A DNA stretch of 64,000 bases from a virus, in IMG/VR virus record IMGVR_UViG_3300030114_000522, one strand, 5' to 3'. A program made the position numbers and the translations under genes. Positions 20,764 to 32,407 of the stretch are shown one piece after another. Under the pieces are notes generated by a model. The model searched no databases and was not told where the DNA came from. It saw only the letters and a list, made by a program, of their open reading frames with translations. The stretch's first letter is position 1. Each line of letters begins with the position of its first letter.

Positions 20764-21621
20764 TTATTCTGAAAAATTATAGTCATCTAATTGTGTATAC
20801 CAATTAAAATTTGTTATATTTCCTTTATCATCATAATTTCTCCAAGTTAAAAATTTAGTAGATTCATAACCAACTTTCAAATTTGGATATTTATAAAAAC
20901 CAGTATAAAAACCACCCATAACTTTCTTATTATTCTTACTACAACCTGATATAAAAGCTTCCCCGATATATTTTTGATAATTTCTTAATAACTCTTTAGT
21001 TTTTTCTTTATCATTATCACTAATTTTAGTTGAATATTCTAAAAGATAGGGTGAGAAAAACGTTATTTCGTAAGGAGAATTGGTTATTTCACCAAAATCA
21101 GTTTGAACCCAACAATCATAATCAGATATACCTAATTTATCTGTATCGATAGTGAATTTAAATTTTAATTTTCCTATTGGTGTATCTAGTGTATTGTATT
21201 TAGTATTAAGACTATCTTGTAAATCAGATAATGACTCTACATTTGAAGTATTAGTATTTCCACTTGAATTATTGTTTACAGTATTAGTTTGAATATTATT
21301 ATTGATTATTTGTCCATTATTAATATTATTTATAATACTATTATTACTATTTATATTATTAGTAGTGTTTTGATTCCAAACTCCATTATTATCTATTTTA
21401 TATCCATTTATTTCAGTATTTGTAACCATATATCCACTCTTATCAAAATAATACCATTTAGAATCAATTTGTTTCCAACCTACAGAATATGAATTTCCTT
21501 CTGTATTCCACCAGCCTTGACTATCTGATTTCCATTCTGCATTTGCTCCTATGCTCGAAGTTCCTAAAATTGTGGTAGTTATAATTGTTAAAGCAATAAA
21601 TTTTTTGATAGATTTTAACAT
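20764..21621 (-). CDS. secreted cell-wall-binding-repeat protein (moron)
   Basis: signal peptide ending ANA, AEWKSDSQGWW...GWKQIDSKWYYFD..GYM repeats, Asn-rich linker; own TGGTATAAT element. Confidence 0.85.
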   Translation of the reverse strand: MLKSIKKFIALTIITTTILGTSSIGANAEWKSDSQGWWNTEGNSYSVGWKQIDSKWYYFDKSGYMVTNTEINGYKIDNNGVWNQNTTNNINSNNSIINNINNGQIINNNIQTNTVNNNSSGNTNTSNVESLSDLQDSLNTKYNTLDTPIGKLKFKFTIDTDKLGISDYDCWVQTDFGEITNSPYEITFFSPYLLEYSTKISDNDKEKTKELLRNYQKYIGEAFISGCSKNNKKVMGGFYTGFYKYPNLKVGYESTKFLTWRNYDDKGNITNFNWYTQLDDYNFSE

Positions 21622-21754
21622 AGATTTCTCACGCTCCCTATATTATTATATAAATATACATTTACTTAGAACATTATACCACATTTTGTTCTTACTGGAT
21701 ATATTTATATAATAATACTTAATAAAAGGACTTAATAAAAATACTAAATCCTTT

Positions 21755-22915
21755 TTAAATACTAGGTACTGGATAAATTTTATGACATTCCATTGTCATA
21801 ACACCAGTAGGTTTAAGGTCAAATGTAACACTGTCAATTAGCCATCTCCCTTCAATAATTATATCATCAAATGTATATTTAATTTCAATAATTCTATTTG
21901 GAATTAAATGATATATAGGTATTAATTCTAAAGTTATAGTTTCTGCTAAATTACTAGCTTGTTGTAGTTGGTATTTGCATTTGGCTTGACATTGTGCGTC
22001 TAAATATAATTTATCATCAGTATAAGTCTTTCTATGTACTCCTATTTTATCAACCGAGAAAGGTGTTCCTGTATCATTTACCATTTCATATAAATACTGA
22101 TAAGTTGAGCTATCTTCTGAATCTGAAACGGTGGCACCAAATACCTTTATTTTATTCCTGATATTTTCAAAATTTTTCTTATAATCGATAGATATTATTC
22201 TTTCATCTTGATTAAGCGATTCAATTGCTAAATCAGTTGTTTTATCTTTTATTGATTGATAACAAAAATATCCATTTTCGTCAAAAAATATTTCAGTATC
22301 TAAATAAAATTCTTGCATTGCTTTAAGTATATCTCCATATGTACTATCAGAACTATATGTTTGGTCACTACCTAAAGTATAAATAAGTGCTTCTATTTTT
22401 CTCTTACTGTAATTCATTTTTTCCGTATCGTTCAATAGACTATATAATATTGTTGTAATTAAGGTATCGGCAGTATAAATAAGAGATACTGGTAAACTAC
22501 CACCAAAAGTACCATTGAAATTATTCATAATGTCACAAATAGTTAATGATATTGTCCTTTCTGATTTACTTAACTTAATATCTGGTGAATTTAAAAGATA
22601 TATTCCTAAATTAAACTCTGCTTTAATATCTGTATTTAAATCATCTTGAACTATTATAAAGATTTGTATATAATTTCTTAAACTAATCTTAAAGTAATCT
22701 GTATTTAAATCTTTACTACTAATTAAAGTTAATGTTCCATCTCTTCTAAGTTGTCCATCATTTTTAAGGGAAATAGAACCTGTAACTATATCTCCTTCTA
22801 AACTAGAAACTTTATTAAGATTTTCATTTAGTAAATCAACTCTACAAGTTACAGTTCTATTCGTTGATTTACATGCTAAATATTGGTTATTTTGATTCAT
22901 ATTAGTATCAGCCAC
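21755..22915 (-). CDS. baseplate hub / Tal-like tail protein
   Basis: RR...L, LGIY, EIFFDENG, IRNKIKVFG motifs; just downstream of TMP. Confidence 0.7.
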   Translation of the reverse strand: MADTNMNQNNQYLACKSTNRTVTCRVDLLNENLNKVSSLEGDIVTGSISLKNDGQLRRDGTLTLISSKDLNTDYFKISLRNYIQIFIIVQDDLNTDIKAEFNLGIYLLNSPDIKLSKSERTISLTICDIMNNFNGTFGGSLPVSLIYTADTLITTILYSLLNDTEKMNYSKRKIEALIYTLGSDQTYSSDSTYGDILKAMQEFYLDTEIFFDENGYFCYQSIKDKTTDLAIESLNQDERIISIDYKKNFENIRNKIKVFGATVSDSEDSSTYQYLYEMVNDTGTPFSVDKIGVHRKTYTDDKLYLDAQCQAKCKYQLQQASNLAETITLELIPIYHLIPNRIIEIKYTFDDIIIEGRWLIDSVTFDLKPTGVMTMECHKIYPVPSI

Positions 22916-22946
22916 TTATTTATCACCGCCTTAAATTTTAATCTAT

Positions 22947-23234
22947 CTACCAACAATTCCAATCTTTCTTATCAATTATCCAAGATTGATTTGAGTTACC
23001 ATTAAAATACATAATTATTACAATGTTTCCCACTGATAAATCTAAGTTGCTCCTTGCTGGAATTTTAAAAATTTCATCATTTATTTTTATAGTATAGATA
23101 TTACTTCCATCTATTGGAGCAACAGTAACCACTCCCATACTATTCATTCTTGTTATTGCGTTATTTTCAACTGCATCGTTAGAATGTTTCTGCATTGCTC
23201 TTGCAAATCTTTTTCCGAATGATATTTCCGACAT
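22947..23234 (-). CDS. small tail protein (OB-fold spike-like)
   Basis: G.V......YTIKINDE...L.VG..V pattern; directly after TMP. Confidence 0.55.
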   Translation of the reverse strand: MSEISFGKRFARAMQKHSNDAVENNAITRMNSMGVVTVAPIDGSNIYTIKINDEIFKIPARSNLDLSVGNIVIIMYFNGNSNQSWIIDKKDWNCW

Positions 23235-23285
23235 TTACATTTCACCTCTTTTAAGGTAGAGAAATTAATCTCTACCTCCTTTTAA

Positions 23286-26200
23286 TTAATTTGATAAATT
23301 TGTTTCACTTTCAACTGCTTCAAGCATACTCTTAATAAATTCTTCAGCATTATTTGCATTAACTTTAACATCTGTAATACTATATTGATTTATTGTTTTA
23401 GCATTAGAATTATTATTTGTTGTACTATTAGTAGATGATAATAAATTAGAACTATCTAATGTATATGATGATAAACCACTATAAGCCGATGTTTCAGTAT
23501 AATTTGCTTTTGCCTTATCACTATATAATGGGTTATTAGAATCATTATATAAACTTAATTTTGAACTAGTTAAATCTAATACTGATTGTTTATATTTTTC
23601 AAAATTAGCTAATTCTTGAGATATGTCTATAGAATTCATAGGTGTAAAATTTTTATCGCCCTCATGCATATTATTATACATCTCTTGAAATTTAACATAT
23701 GAGGATTCCATATCTACTAATAATTGCATTATTAAATCACTACTACTGGTCGCAATACTTACAATATTAGTAAATCTATAATCATAAATTATTTGAACCA
23801 ACTCTAAGAACTTGTCTGTAAATTTAGTATATATATTAGCAAAATTCTTTAAGCTGTTTTGTTGGTCACTTTGTGCTTTTGTTTGCTTATCAAATAATTT
23901 TTTATAATATGAATCATATTCATCTTCAAGCTTTTTATCAGTATCTTGTAAATTTTTTAGATTTTCATTCAGTCCACTTGAATCAATATTTACTATATTA
24001 TTGATTTGATTTTTTCTATTTTTTATATCTTCTTCACTTATTATACTACTATCTTTTTTAGATAATAAATCATCATAAGTTTTAGATAATTGTGTTAAAG
24101 ATTCATTGGCATTATTAGCACTTGAACCAATACTTTTTAAATGATTATCTATATCATTATTATCTACTTTTGATTTTTCAGTAATTTTGTCCTTATTTTT
24201 TTGTAAATACTTTGATATATCTCCACTATTAATAGCATTATCTGCATCATTAGTTGTAAAATTAGCTCTTAATGTTGTTAATTCTTCTAATGATTTTTTA
24301 GTTTTAGTTAATGTTGCATCTATAGAGTTTGCTATTGCATTCCAATCATTATTATTATTTTCCACCAATTTTCCCAATGTATCTTTTGCTAATTTATCAA
24401 TATCTGAATAATAATTTTCAATACGCCTTTTATCTCTATCTTGTGCTTCTTTTAAATTATCACTGTATTTGTCTAGATATTCTTTCTTTTTTTTATATGA
24501 ATTTTCTTCTTCTGTTTTTTCAGATTCAAGAACTTTCTTTTTTTTATCTAATTCATCTTTTCGTTTAATGTCTTCTAAATCTTTATTTGCATCTGTAACT
24601 GCTTTTTTATCATCTATGATTGTTTTTTGAGATAAAACATATTGATACTGCCAACTACCATCATTTTGCTGAACTAAAGTTTGTACACTTCTTTGTTTTT
24701 CATCTCTTGCTAATTGTGCTTCTTTTTCTTTAAGAGTATTATTTTTTTCTTGTAAAGCATTGGCTTTTTCAATTGCATCATTTTCATCATCTAAAGCTTT
24801 TAATTCAGATGCAAATGCTTCTAATTTTGCATTATGAATATCTTCTTCTTTTGTTTTTATAGCATCTAATTTATCATTTTGAGCTTTTTGTTGTGCTTCC
24901 AATTTTTGAGTATCAATTTCTTTTTGTTTTTCTAATATAGATTTCTCTTGTTCTTGTATGGTTTTTTCCATTTCTTGATTTAACTTATAAACTTCAAGTG
25001 TTTGAGTTCGTAGTTCTTTATTTGCTTTAAGTGTTGCATTTTCTAATGATTCATTCGCTTCTGCTGTTGATACTGTAGTATTTTTTAAAGCATCTAGTTG
25101 TTCTTGTGCCTTTTGAACTTCTTCTTTTTGCTTAGCAATTTTTTGAGTAGTTAAATCAATTCTTTGAGTGAAATTAGAGTCATCAGCTTCGCCTAAAGTA
25201 GTTATACTAGCGTCTATTTGTTCTATATCATCTGCTATTGTTTCTTTGCCTTTATTATAAGCATCGGTGATATCGTCTATCATTTTCTTTTCCCGTGCTA
25301 TTAATTCTTGTTCGGCTTTTTTAGACTTAGAAGCAGAGCTACCATCTGGTTCATAACTAGAATCTGATACTCCTCCAGCAGAACTAGTAGGTAATGTCAT
25401 TGAAGTATATAATTTATCTATTGCATCTTTACCAGCTTTTAGCTTTGCTAATTCTTCTTTATCTTTATTTATTTTATCTGCATTATCTGATACTTCTTGT
25501 ACATCTGAACTCGCTTGCCATGCATCTACTGGTGCTGTTGAAGCAGATGAAGCTAAGGTTATTTTTGCATCGATTAATTTTTGAATTTCACCTATTTCTG
25601 CTTGATAATCAGCAATACGAGCAAGTGTATCTGTATATGTTATAGATGTATTATTATACTGCCATGTCGCATTGGCTTTTTGGTCTTCTAATTTTACTTG
25701 AGTTAAAACTTCAACCGTTTTTCCTTCAGTATTCATGTAACTAATAGTATCACTAATTAATCCAGTATTGGTAATATAAGTTTTACCATTAGCATCCATT
25801 TGTGTATCTAAGTTTCCAATTTTTCCTTGTAGTTGTTCTACTACACCAGTTAGTTCTTTCTTTTGTTCTGTTGATAAATTTTCTTGTGCTGATAAATTAT
25901 TATAGGTAGCATATAAACTTTGAACTGTTTCCATATATTTATTATATTCTTCTGTATTTGCTTCGGTATTAGTTCTATGTTCAACTTGTGCTTTTGTTTC
26001 TTCTTTTATTTTATTAACCATATCAATATTAGCAATTTGTTGTTCCGCTTCTGCTAAAGTATCTGTACTAATACCAGCTTTTTTCATAACGTCGGAATAT
26101 TCATCTACTTGTTTATTTAGTCCACTTAAAATGTCTCTTAATTGTTGTGCTTCGGTTAATCCATTTTGACCAACTATTTTAGTTTCGCTTGCGTTATTTA

Positions 26201-29200
26201 ATTTATCTTGCGTTTCTTTTTTTAAATTCATTAGTCTTTCTAATTCAGCTTGGTCTTTTTTAATTTTATCTAAATTAGTTGAGGCACCTTTTGTATCACC
26301 ATTTTTAAGACTCTCATTTACACCATCTAGTGCAGTTTTTAGGTCATTAGATTGCTTTGCTAAACTTGCTTCATGTTGTTGGTATGAAACCATACCGTAT
26401 ACTACCATTGCTAATGCACCTGCTAAAGCTGATAATAATAAACCTAAAGGCGTTAACATAAAAGCAACTGCTGATGCTGTAGCGCCTTTTATACTAGTTC
26501 CGACTAAACCAAATGCAGTAGCTAATCCCGTTGCTCCATCTTCTAAAGCAATCATTCCTGATGCTATTCCCATAAATTTAGTTAGTCCAGTTACGATTCC
26601 ACCCTCAGTAGTTAATAACATTAATTCTTTATTAATTTTAGATAATTTAGTCATGACTAGAACTAATGAACCTATTGTTGCTATATATGCTATTGTTTTT
26701 CCATCAACATTTGATAATACATTTACTAGTTGAGTTGCTTCTGTAACAAAATATTTTAAAGAATCAGAAGACATTATTTTTTCATATAGTCCTTCAAATG
26801 ACCTTTTTAAATCATTTACTTTTGCGTCTAATGAACCATTGTAGGCTTCGTCCATCATTTTCTTTGCAGAGCCAGCAGATTCTCCTACTTGTTTTTGATG
26901 GATATTCAAAGTATCCATATTTTCCATTAATCCCATTAATGTTTCTCTTTGCCTTGTGCATTTACTTTTATTTATAAACGTTACTTTATAAATGTGATTA
27001 TTTAATCACCACTCTCTTTCAAGACGTTAATAAGACTATTTCTTCACCTTCATCTATTTATTTAATTAAATAATGTTAAGGGCATATCTTTTCCACTATC
27101 AATAACTTATAGTGTACTCCCTGTCGGGATAGTCGTTCAACACATTCCTATTCGGAACTTCGCTACCAAATTTCCATTATATTATTTATTTTATTAAATA
27201 ATCAACCACTTAGGATTTAACCATATAGTCATACCTTACGTTTTTAATAGTTTCCCACATTCACACTTGCCCATATTTCATAGCTATGTTGTAGTGTAAG
27301 GTCTTTAGGGTTTACTGGTTTTAGATATGTGTCCTATGCACATTTCTGTACATACGGGGCAGATTTACCCGCTAAAGCTTGAATTCCAGCCAAATAATCA
27401 ACTTGGCTTAGTTGTCCACTTTTAAATTTTGTCATAAATTGTTGCAAAACATCATCAAATTCTTTAAATTGTCCTTTATTAGTTCTAATTGATATTCCGA
27501 TACGATTCATTGCTAATTCTGTATCATTAATTGATTTCCCTTCATCATCTAATCGACCAAGTTTGATGTTACTATATCGTGAGTAGATTGTTTTAAAACT
27601 TTCACCTCATTTATATATTCATATAGGCTCGTTAACTCCTATACCGTTCTCTAATGAACTGCTTATGATTTCCCATAAGATTAGACTATATCACTCTCCT
27701 AGATTTAATAGGAGACTCACCATTTCCATTCACTTGAATGTACTCCATTACTGGATAGTCGTTAGGCTTTTATGATTAAAATTACTTTTAATTAATTTAG
27801 CACGGTAGGTTAGCATATTACTTTAGCAACTTAGCCTTCCCCGTATTAAGCGAGTTATTCGAAATGGATTACTCCATTAAGCCACAAGTTTGTAGTTTAT
27901 GGTTTCGGCACTTTTTCTTGTTTTTTCTGATACTGTCGTAATATATGCTACAAGATTACCTAATGGTGTTCCTGCTTCTTGGGCACTAAAAGCAGTTCTT
28001 TGTATTGCAGATGCTATTTCTTTAAATGAACTAGCCGAAACATTATCCATTTTAGATATCATATCTACAACGCCTTGCATACTTTCACCTGTCATATTAA
28101 AGGCATTTTTAATAGCAATTAATTGTTGAGTTACTTCTTCCGTAGACTGTCCAGAAACTTTAGAACCTATAATAGATGAAGACATCAGAGCTTCTCCTTC
28201 TTTTCCATCTATACCAGCTCTAGTAATTTCTTCCATACCTGTCATCATTTCAGTATTAGTAGTATGTAATTCCGCTCCTAATTGTTTATATTGAGTTACC
28301 ATTCCACTAATTTCAGATTTAGACTTTCCTGTAATCATTTGCATATTTGTGAGAGACTTATTCATGGTTAAAGTGTATTCACTAGCATCTTTAAACTGAT
28401 TTGCTATACCCCATATAACTTGTTGGATTCCATAAAACATTCCAATTTTACTTAAAAAATTAGTCATATTCCCGAAGAATCCGTTACTATTTATTCCTTT
28501 TAATGAATTATCTAATTGTTTAGTTTCATTATTAGTTTGTTCCATAGAAGTTTTTACAGTACCTAAACTATTTTTTATCCCTGTAAAATTAACTCCATCT
28601 ACTTGTTTTAGTTCTGCTAATAATTTTTTTAACTCTTGTTCTGTAGATTCTATAAATCCACTGGGTAATTTCTCTGCAAAAGTTTGTTTCATTTTCTCTA
28701 CTTTTATATGAGCTTCTTCTATTTGCTTGGTCAGATTAGATACAGTAGTTTCCCTACTAGTACTAGTTCCGATAGAACTTAATGCACTATTAATTTCTTT
28801 TAAAGTTGACGCACTTTTAGTCATTTGTTCTAATTTACTAATTTCAGAATTACTAATTATTCCATTTGATTTAAGAACATTAATTGATTGATACGCCTGT
28901 TCTTGCTTTTGTAATAATTCTTGTTCTTGTTGTAATTGTTTTACATTATCAGAATCACCTTTAACTTGTCTTTTTTGGTCTGATTCAACTAATTTATTAC
29001 TTAATTCAACTTCTTTTTGTAATTGTTGAATACGTTCCTGTTCTTGCTTTTGTAGATTTTGTTCTTCTACTTCTAATATTTTTACTTGGTTTAATAAATT
29101 TTTTAATTCATTATCAGAACCTATATTAGTTGTTGAAAGTCCATTTTGTAAATCCCCAATTTTATCTTTGTTTATGACTCCATTAGAAGACATCTTGTTT

Positions 29201-29676
29201 AATTTTTCTTGCGCATTTGCTATATCATTTAAAGCTTTTGTAATTTTGGTATAATTAGTAATTATAGTAGGTGCAATATCTGATTTAGTACCATCCTTAT
29301 TTAACATATCAATTTCTTTTCTTACTTGTCCAATACCTTGTGCTATTTCAGAAAAAGCTTTTATACTTCCATCTTTATAAGTGGTTATTGATTGTTTTTG
29401 TAATTCTCCATTAAGATTACCCATGCTTTCAACTGCACTATTTATTGTTTTATCTATATCTCCTAATGATATATTCCCCCCTAAACTAGATTTGAATTTA
29501 CTAGCTAAAGAAGTTAAAGTTTCTAATTGTCTTGCTACATTTGAGTCTTTAATATTAATATCTAAATCTATTTTTGTATTATTTAATGTTTCTATTAGAG
29601 TTTTTAGTTTACCATCTATATCTTTAGCACTCTCTAACTGTACTCCGAGTCTAATAGAGTTTTTATATTCAGCCAT
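23286..29676 (-). CDS. tape measure protein split into three exons (29676-27899, 27607-27367, ~26957-23286; ~1896 aa)
   Basis: joined exons read RKSAET-IGESFKTIYSRY...ALAG-TRQRETLMGLMEN, the SPbeta YomI-type TMP core; long coiled coils; TM region. Confidence 0.9.
26959..27366 (-). ncRNA. ORF-less group I intron 2 in the TMP gene (phage IA2-like)
   Basis: P1 GGGU/GCCC with U.G; P7 AACGACUA / UAGUCU; P7.1/7.2; P9.0 UUAUU/AGUAA; ends AAAUG. Confidence 0.85.
27367..27607 (-). CDS. TMP exon 2 (241 nt, missed by ORF track)
   Basis: open frame GESFKTIYSRYSNIKLG...IGISIRTNKGQFKEFDDVL...ALAG between the two introns. Confidence 0.85.
27608..27898 (-). ncRNA. ORF-less group I intron 1 in the TMP gene (291 nt, phage IA2-like)
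   Basis: P1 CCAU/GUGG; P10 AGGU/ACUU; P3 ACUCGC/GUGAGU; P7 GACUA/UAGUC; terminal G; removal restores AU+A GGU (Ile-Gly). Confidence 0.92.
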
Positions 29677-29735
29677 TTATTCAATTCCTCCCTTTTTTTG
29701 CAATAAAAAAGAGAGTGTATAATAAATACGCTCCC

Positions 29736-30326
29736 TTACTTTTTGGATTTTTTAGTATATTGTCTTTTAGGTTTATTTTCTTTTTTCATTTTATCAAATA
29801 TATTTTGTTGAAATTCTTCTGTAACTTCTTTATCACCTTGTTGTAATTTAATTAGTTTTTCTTGGTCTAATCCTAAATCGGCTAAAGTTTTATTAATATT
29901 TATATTTGATTTAAAAGCTTCTTTCATTTCTATTAATTTATTATTCATAATATCTAATTTCCTTATATCGTTTAATCTTAAATCCTGTGTTATTTCTAAC
30001 ATAATATCCATTAATGTATTAATAACTAATTTAAAATCTCCATCTGAATAATTTAATATATTATCAAGTTCAATATCATCAATACTATTCCAATATATTC
30101 TATCTTCAACATTTGTTAAATCTATTAACATCTCTCTAGCTATTTTAACTGTATTATTTATTTGAATATCCGACATACCATCTTCTTGTACAGTATTTGA
30201 ATTATCTCTAATCATTTGAGATATTTTATCATAACTATTTTTTATATGTTGTGGATTATATACTTCTAACTCTCCAAATTTAGCTTTTAATTTATTTTTA
30301 ATATATTTCTCTTCTAATTTAATCAT
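29736..30326 (-). CDS. hypothetical tail-region protein (possible assembly chaperone)
   Basis: immediately upstream of TMP; helical. Confidence 0.55.
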   Translation of the reverse strand: MIKLEEKYIKNKLKAKFGELEVYNPQHIKNSYDKISQMIRDNSNTVQEDGMSDIQINNTVKIAREMLIDLTNVEDRIYWNSIDDIELDNILNYSDGDFKLVINTLMDIMLEITQDLRLNDIRKLDIMNNKLIEMKEAFKSNININKTLADLGLDQEKLIKLQQGDKEVTEEFQQNIFDKMKKENKPKRQYTKKSKK

Positions 30327-30342
30327 GTAATTTTCTCTCCTT

Positions 30343-31701
30343 TTATATTGCTTGATTTAATTTAGCATTATCTTGAATTTCTTTTATTTGTTCTTCTGTA
30401 AGGTCGGAGGTAAATTTAAATCTATGACCTTTATAGTGTGTTCTTTCACCTCGACAAACTCTTGAAATTCCATTCCTATTTAATATCTCATCAAATATAT
30501 TTACACTTTTTCTTTCATATTCTGCTGAATTTTTAATTATTATTCCATTATCTATACATATTATTTCTTTACCTAACTTAATGCTACTTAATAAACCTGC
30601 TTTTTGTCCACTTCTTTTCATTTCTTCTTTTGGATTATAATAGCATAAACTCATCTCAGATGCTTGTTTTATATAAGTTCTTACTGCACCTGTCCCTAAA
30701 TTAGTTAAAATTACAATATCATTAATTGTCATATTAGGATTTTCATTTTTTATTTGTGATATATATTGAATAATATCCTTACATGCATATTCATGACATT
30801 TTAACCAATCAATCTTACTCAAATCAAATAGTTCATTCAGTCTACTATTTAAAATATGTTCTTTTATCCATTCTAATTCAGATTTTCTACAATCTATAAT
30901 AATGTAATTTTCTTCTTTGATTCCATTAGCTAATGCTAGTGCTTTCTTTAATCTATCATTTTCTTGTTCTTCTTTGAGATTTTTTGACCTTATATTTTGG
31001 AATCCTTCTTCATAATGTTGGTTTCCATGTATTTCCATTAAAATATTATAATCATTTATGTGGAAATCGTATCTTTTGTCACCACATATTTTAATATTTT
31101 TATGGCTAATATCCTTTGACCAATTAAATGTATTTTCTTTTATAAAATTAACAGATAATTGTTGTAAAACATTAAACATAAATTTTTCGCCATATGAGTT
31201 TCCCTTGTTATAACAATTTGGGCACTTAAATCCATCTCTATTTATAATGTGATTTTCAGTTCTTTCATACGTATGGTCACAATTTTTGCATTTAATTTTA
31301 TATCCTTTATGATTAGCTTTTCCAATCCTTAATTGTTTTAATATTATACCTTTTCCAAAATCATCTTTTATAATTTTGTCAATATTAAATCTATATTCCT
31401 TTATATATTTCCCAAACATAGCACCAAGTTGACATTTTTTCAAATTTCCACTTAAAATATCTATTGTTAAATTATTATATTCTAATGTAATTTTTTTATT
31501 ATATTCTGTTATTTTCATATACCCTTGAATTTTATCATAAATAAAATAAAAATAGTAGTCTTTTGTATTTGACCAATCTATTCCCTGTTTAATTTTAGGT
31601 AAATTTTCTAAAAATACTTTTTTACACTTTCCATTTTCAATTAATTCTTTATTCTCTTCTTTAAACTTTTCAATAATATTTAAATATTCATCATTTTTCA
31701 T
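30343..31701 (-). CDS. free-standing homing-endonuclease-like protein, paralog of 17929..19491
   Basis: CKNC/CPNC; SYGEK...RYDFHI...LMEIHGNQHY...END..K; shared IKEENYIIIDCR; NUMOD1-like tail. Confidence 0.75.
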   Translation of the reverse strand: MKNDEYLNIIEKFKEENKELIENGKCKKVFLENLPKIKQGIDWSNTKDYYFYFIYDKIQGYMKITEYNKKITLEYNNLTIDILSGNLKKCQLGAMFGKYIKEYRFNIDKIIKDDFGKGIILKQLRIGKANHKGYKIKCKNCDHTYERTENHIINRDGFKCPNCYNKGNSYGEKFMFNVLQQLSVNFIKENTFNWSKDISHKNIKICGDKRYDFHINDYNILMEIHGNQHYEEGFQNIRSKNLKEEQENDRLKKALALANGIKEENYIIIDCRKSELEWIKEHILNSRLNELFDLSKIDWLKCHEYACKDIIQYISQIKNENPNMTINDIVILTNLGTGAVRTYIKQASEMSLCYYNPKEEMKRSGQKAGLLSSIKLGKEIICIDNGIIIKNSAEYERKSVNIFDEILNRNGISRVCRGERTHYKGHRFKFTSDLTEEQIKEIQDNAKLNQAI

Positions 31702-31862
31702 AATAAATTCCTCCGATACATATTTAATTTATTTCCGAATTATTTAAAAATAGAAACAGGGAGTTCGGATACTCCTTTTCGATACGGTTTATAACTCCTT
31801 ATCTAGTTCCTACAATATATATTATAAAGTATTTCTACTATTATAACCATAACTAAAACGCC

Positions 31863-32231
31863 CTAACATTCCTCAATAACTTCCATAGTGAATCTTTTAT
31901 TCCCATCTCCAACCTTAAAAATTACATTTATTCTACTCTTATCTTCAATGCCATAATCTATGTATACACAACTTATAAAATCTTTTTCTAACCGCCCAAC
32001 ATCAACCCCATATACATCAAAGAACTTATGTATATCATCTAATATATGAGTCTCATTTGGGTTATCAGTATTTACTGCTACTCGGTTATATTGATTTTCA
32101 ATCATAAAATCCATGAAATTTAGTAGTTCCCCGTTCCTATTTAATAAATCATAATCTTTAATTTCCTCATATTCAATAACTCGTCCATTTGTTGAATAAT
32201 ATCTCATTTCCATTTCACATCTCTCCCTCAT
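31863..32231 (-). CDS. hypothetical protein (moron)
   Basis: own TTGACA-17-TATTAT promoter at 32278-32306; divergent from the HTH gene. Confidence 0.65.
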   Translation of the reverse strand: MRERCEMEMRYYSTNGRVIEYEEIKDYDLLNRNGELLNFMDFMIENQYNRVAVNTDNPNETHILDDIHKFFDVYGVDVGRLEKDFISCVYIDYGIEDKSRINVIFKVGDGNKRFTMEVIEEC

Positions 32232-32313
32232 AATTGTTAGGTAAGCTGGATTGTTTTACCTTTACCTTATGAATATAATAATAGTCCTTTAAAAGTATAA
32301 TGTCAATACTTTA

Positions 32314-32377
32314 ATTGAATATTTTTTATATATTTTTTACATATTTATATTCCTTCTATTGAATATTTTTTATATAT
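32314..32377. repeat. 20-bp direct repeat x2, candidate operator
   Basis: ATTGAATATTTTTTATATAT at 32314-32333 and 32358-32377, between divergent genes. Confidence 0.75.
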
Positions 32378-32407
32378 AATGTATAATAATCATGAGGTGA
32401 TTATGTC

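Noticed and set aside
21270-21375. AAT-rich tandem-like repeat
   Set aside because: Encodes the Asn-rich linker of the cell-wall-binding protein; ordinary low complexity
27877-27898. 599-aa and 1216-aa ORFs as separate genes
   Set aside because: The ends run into group I intron sequence and the joined exons restore conserved TMP motifs
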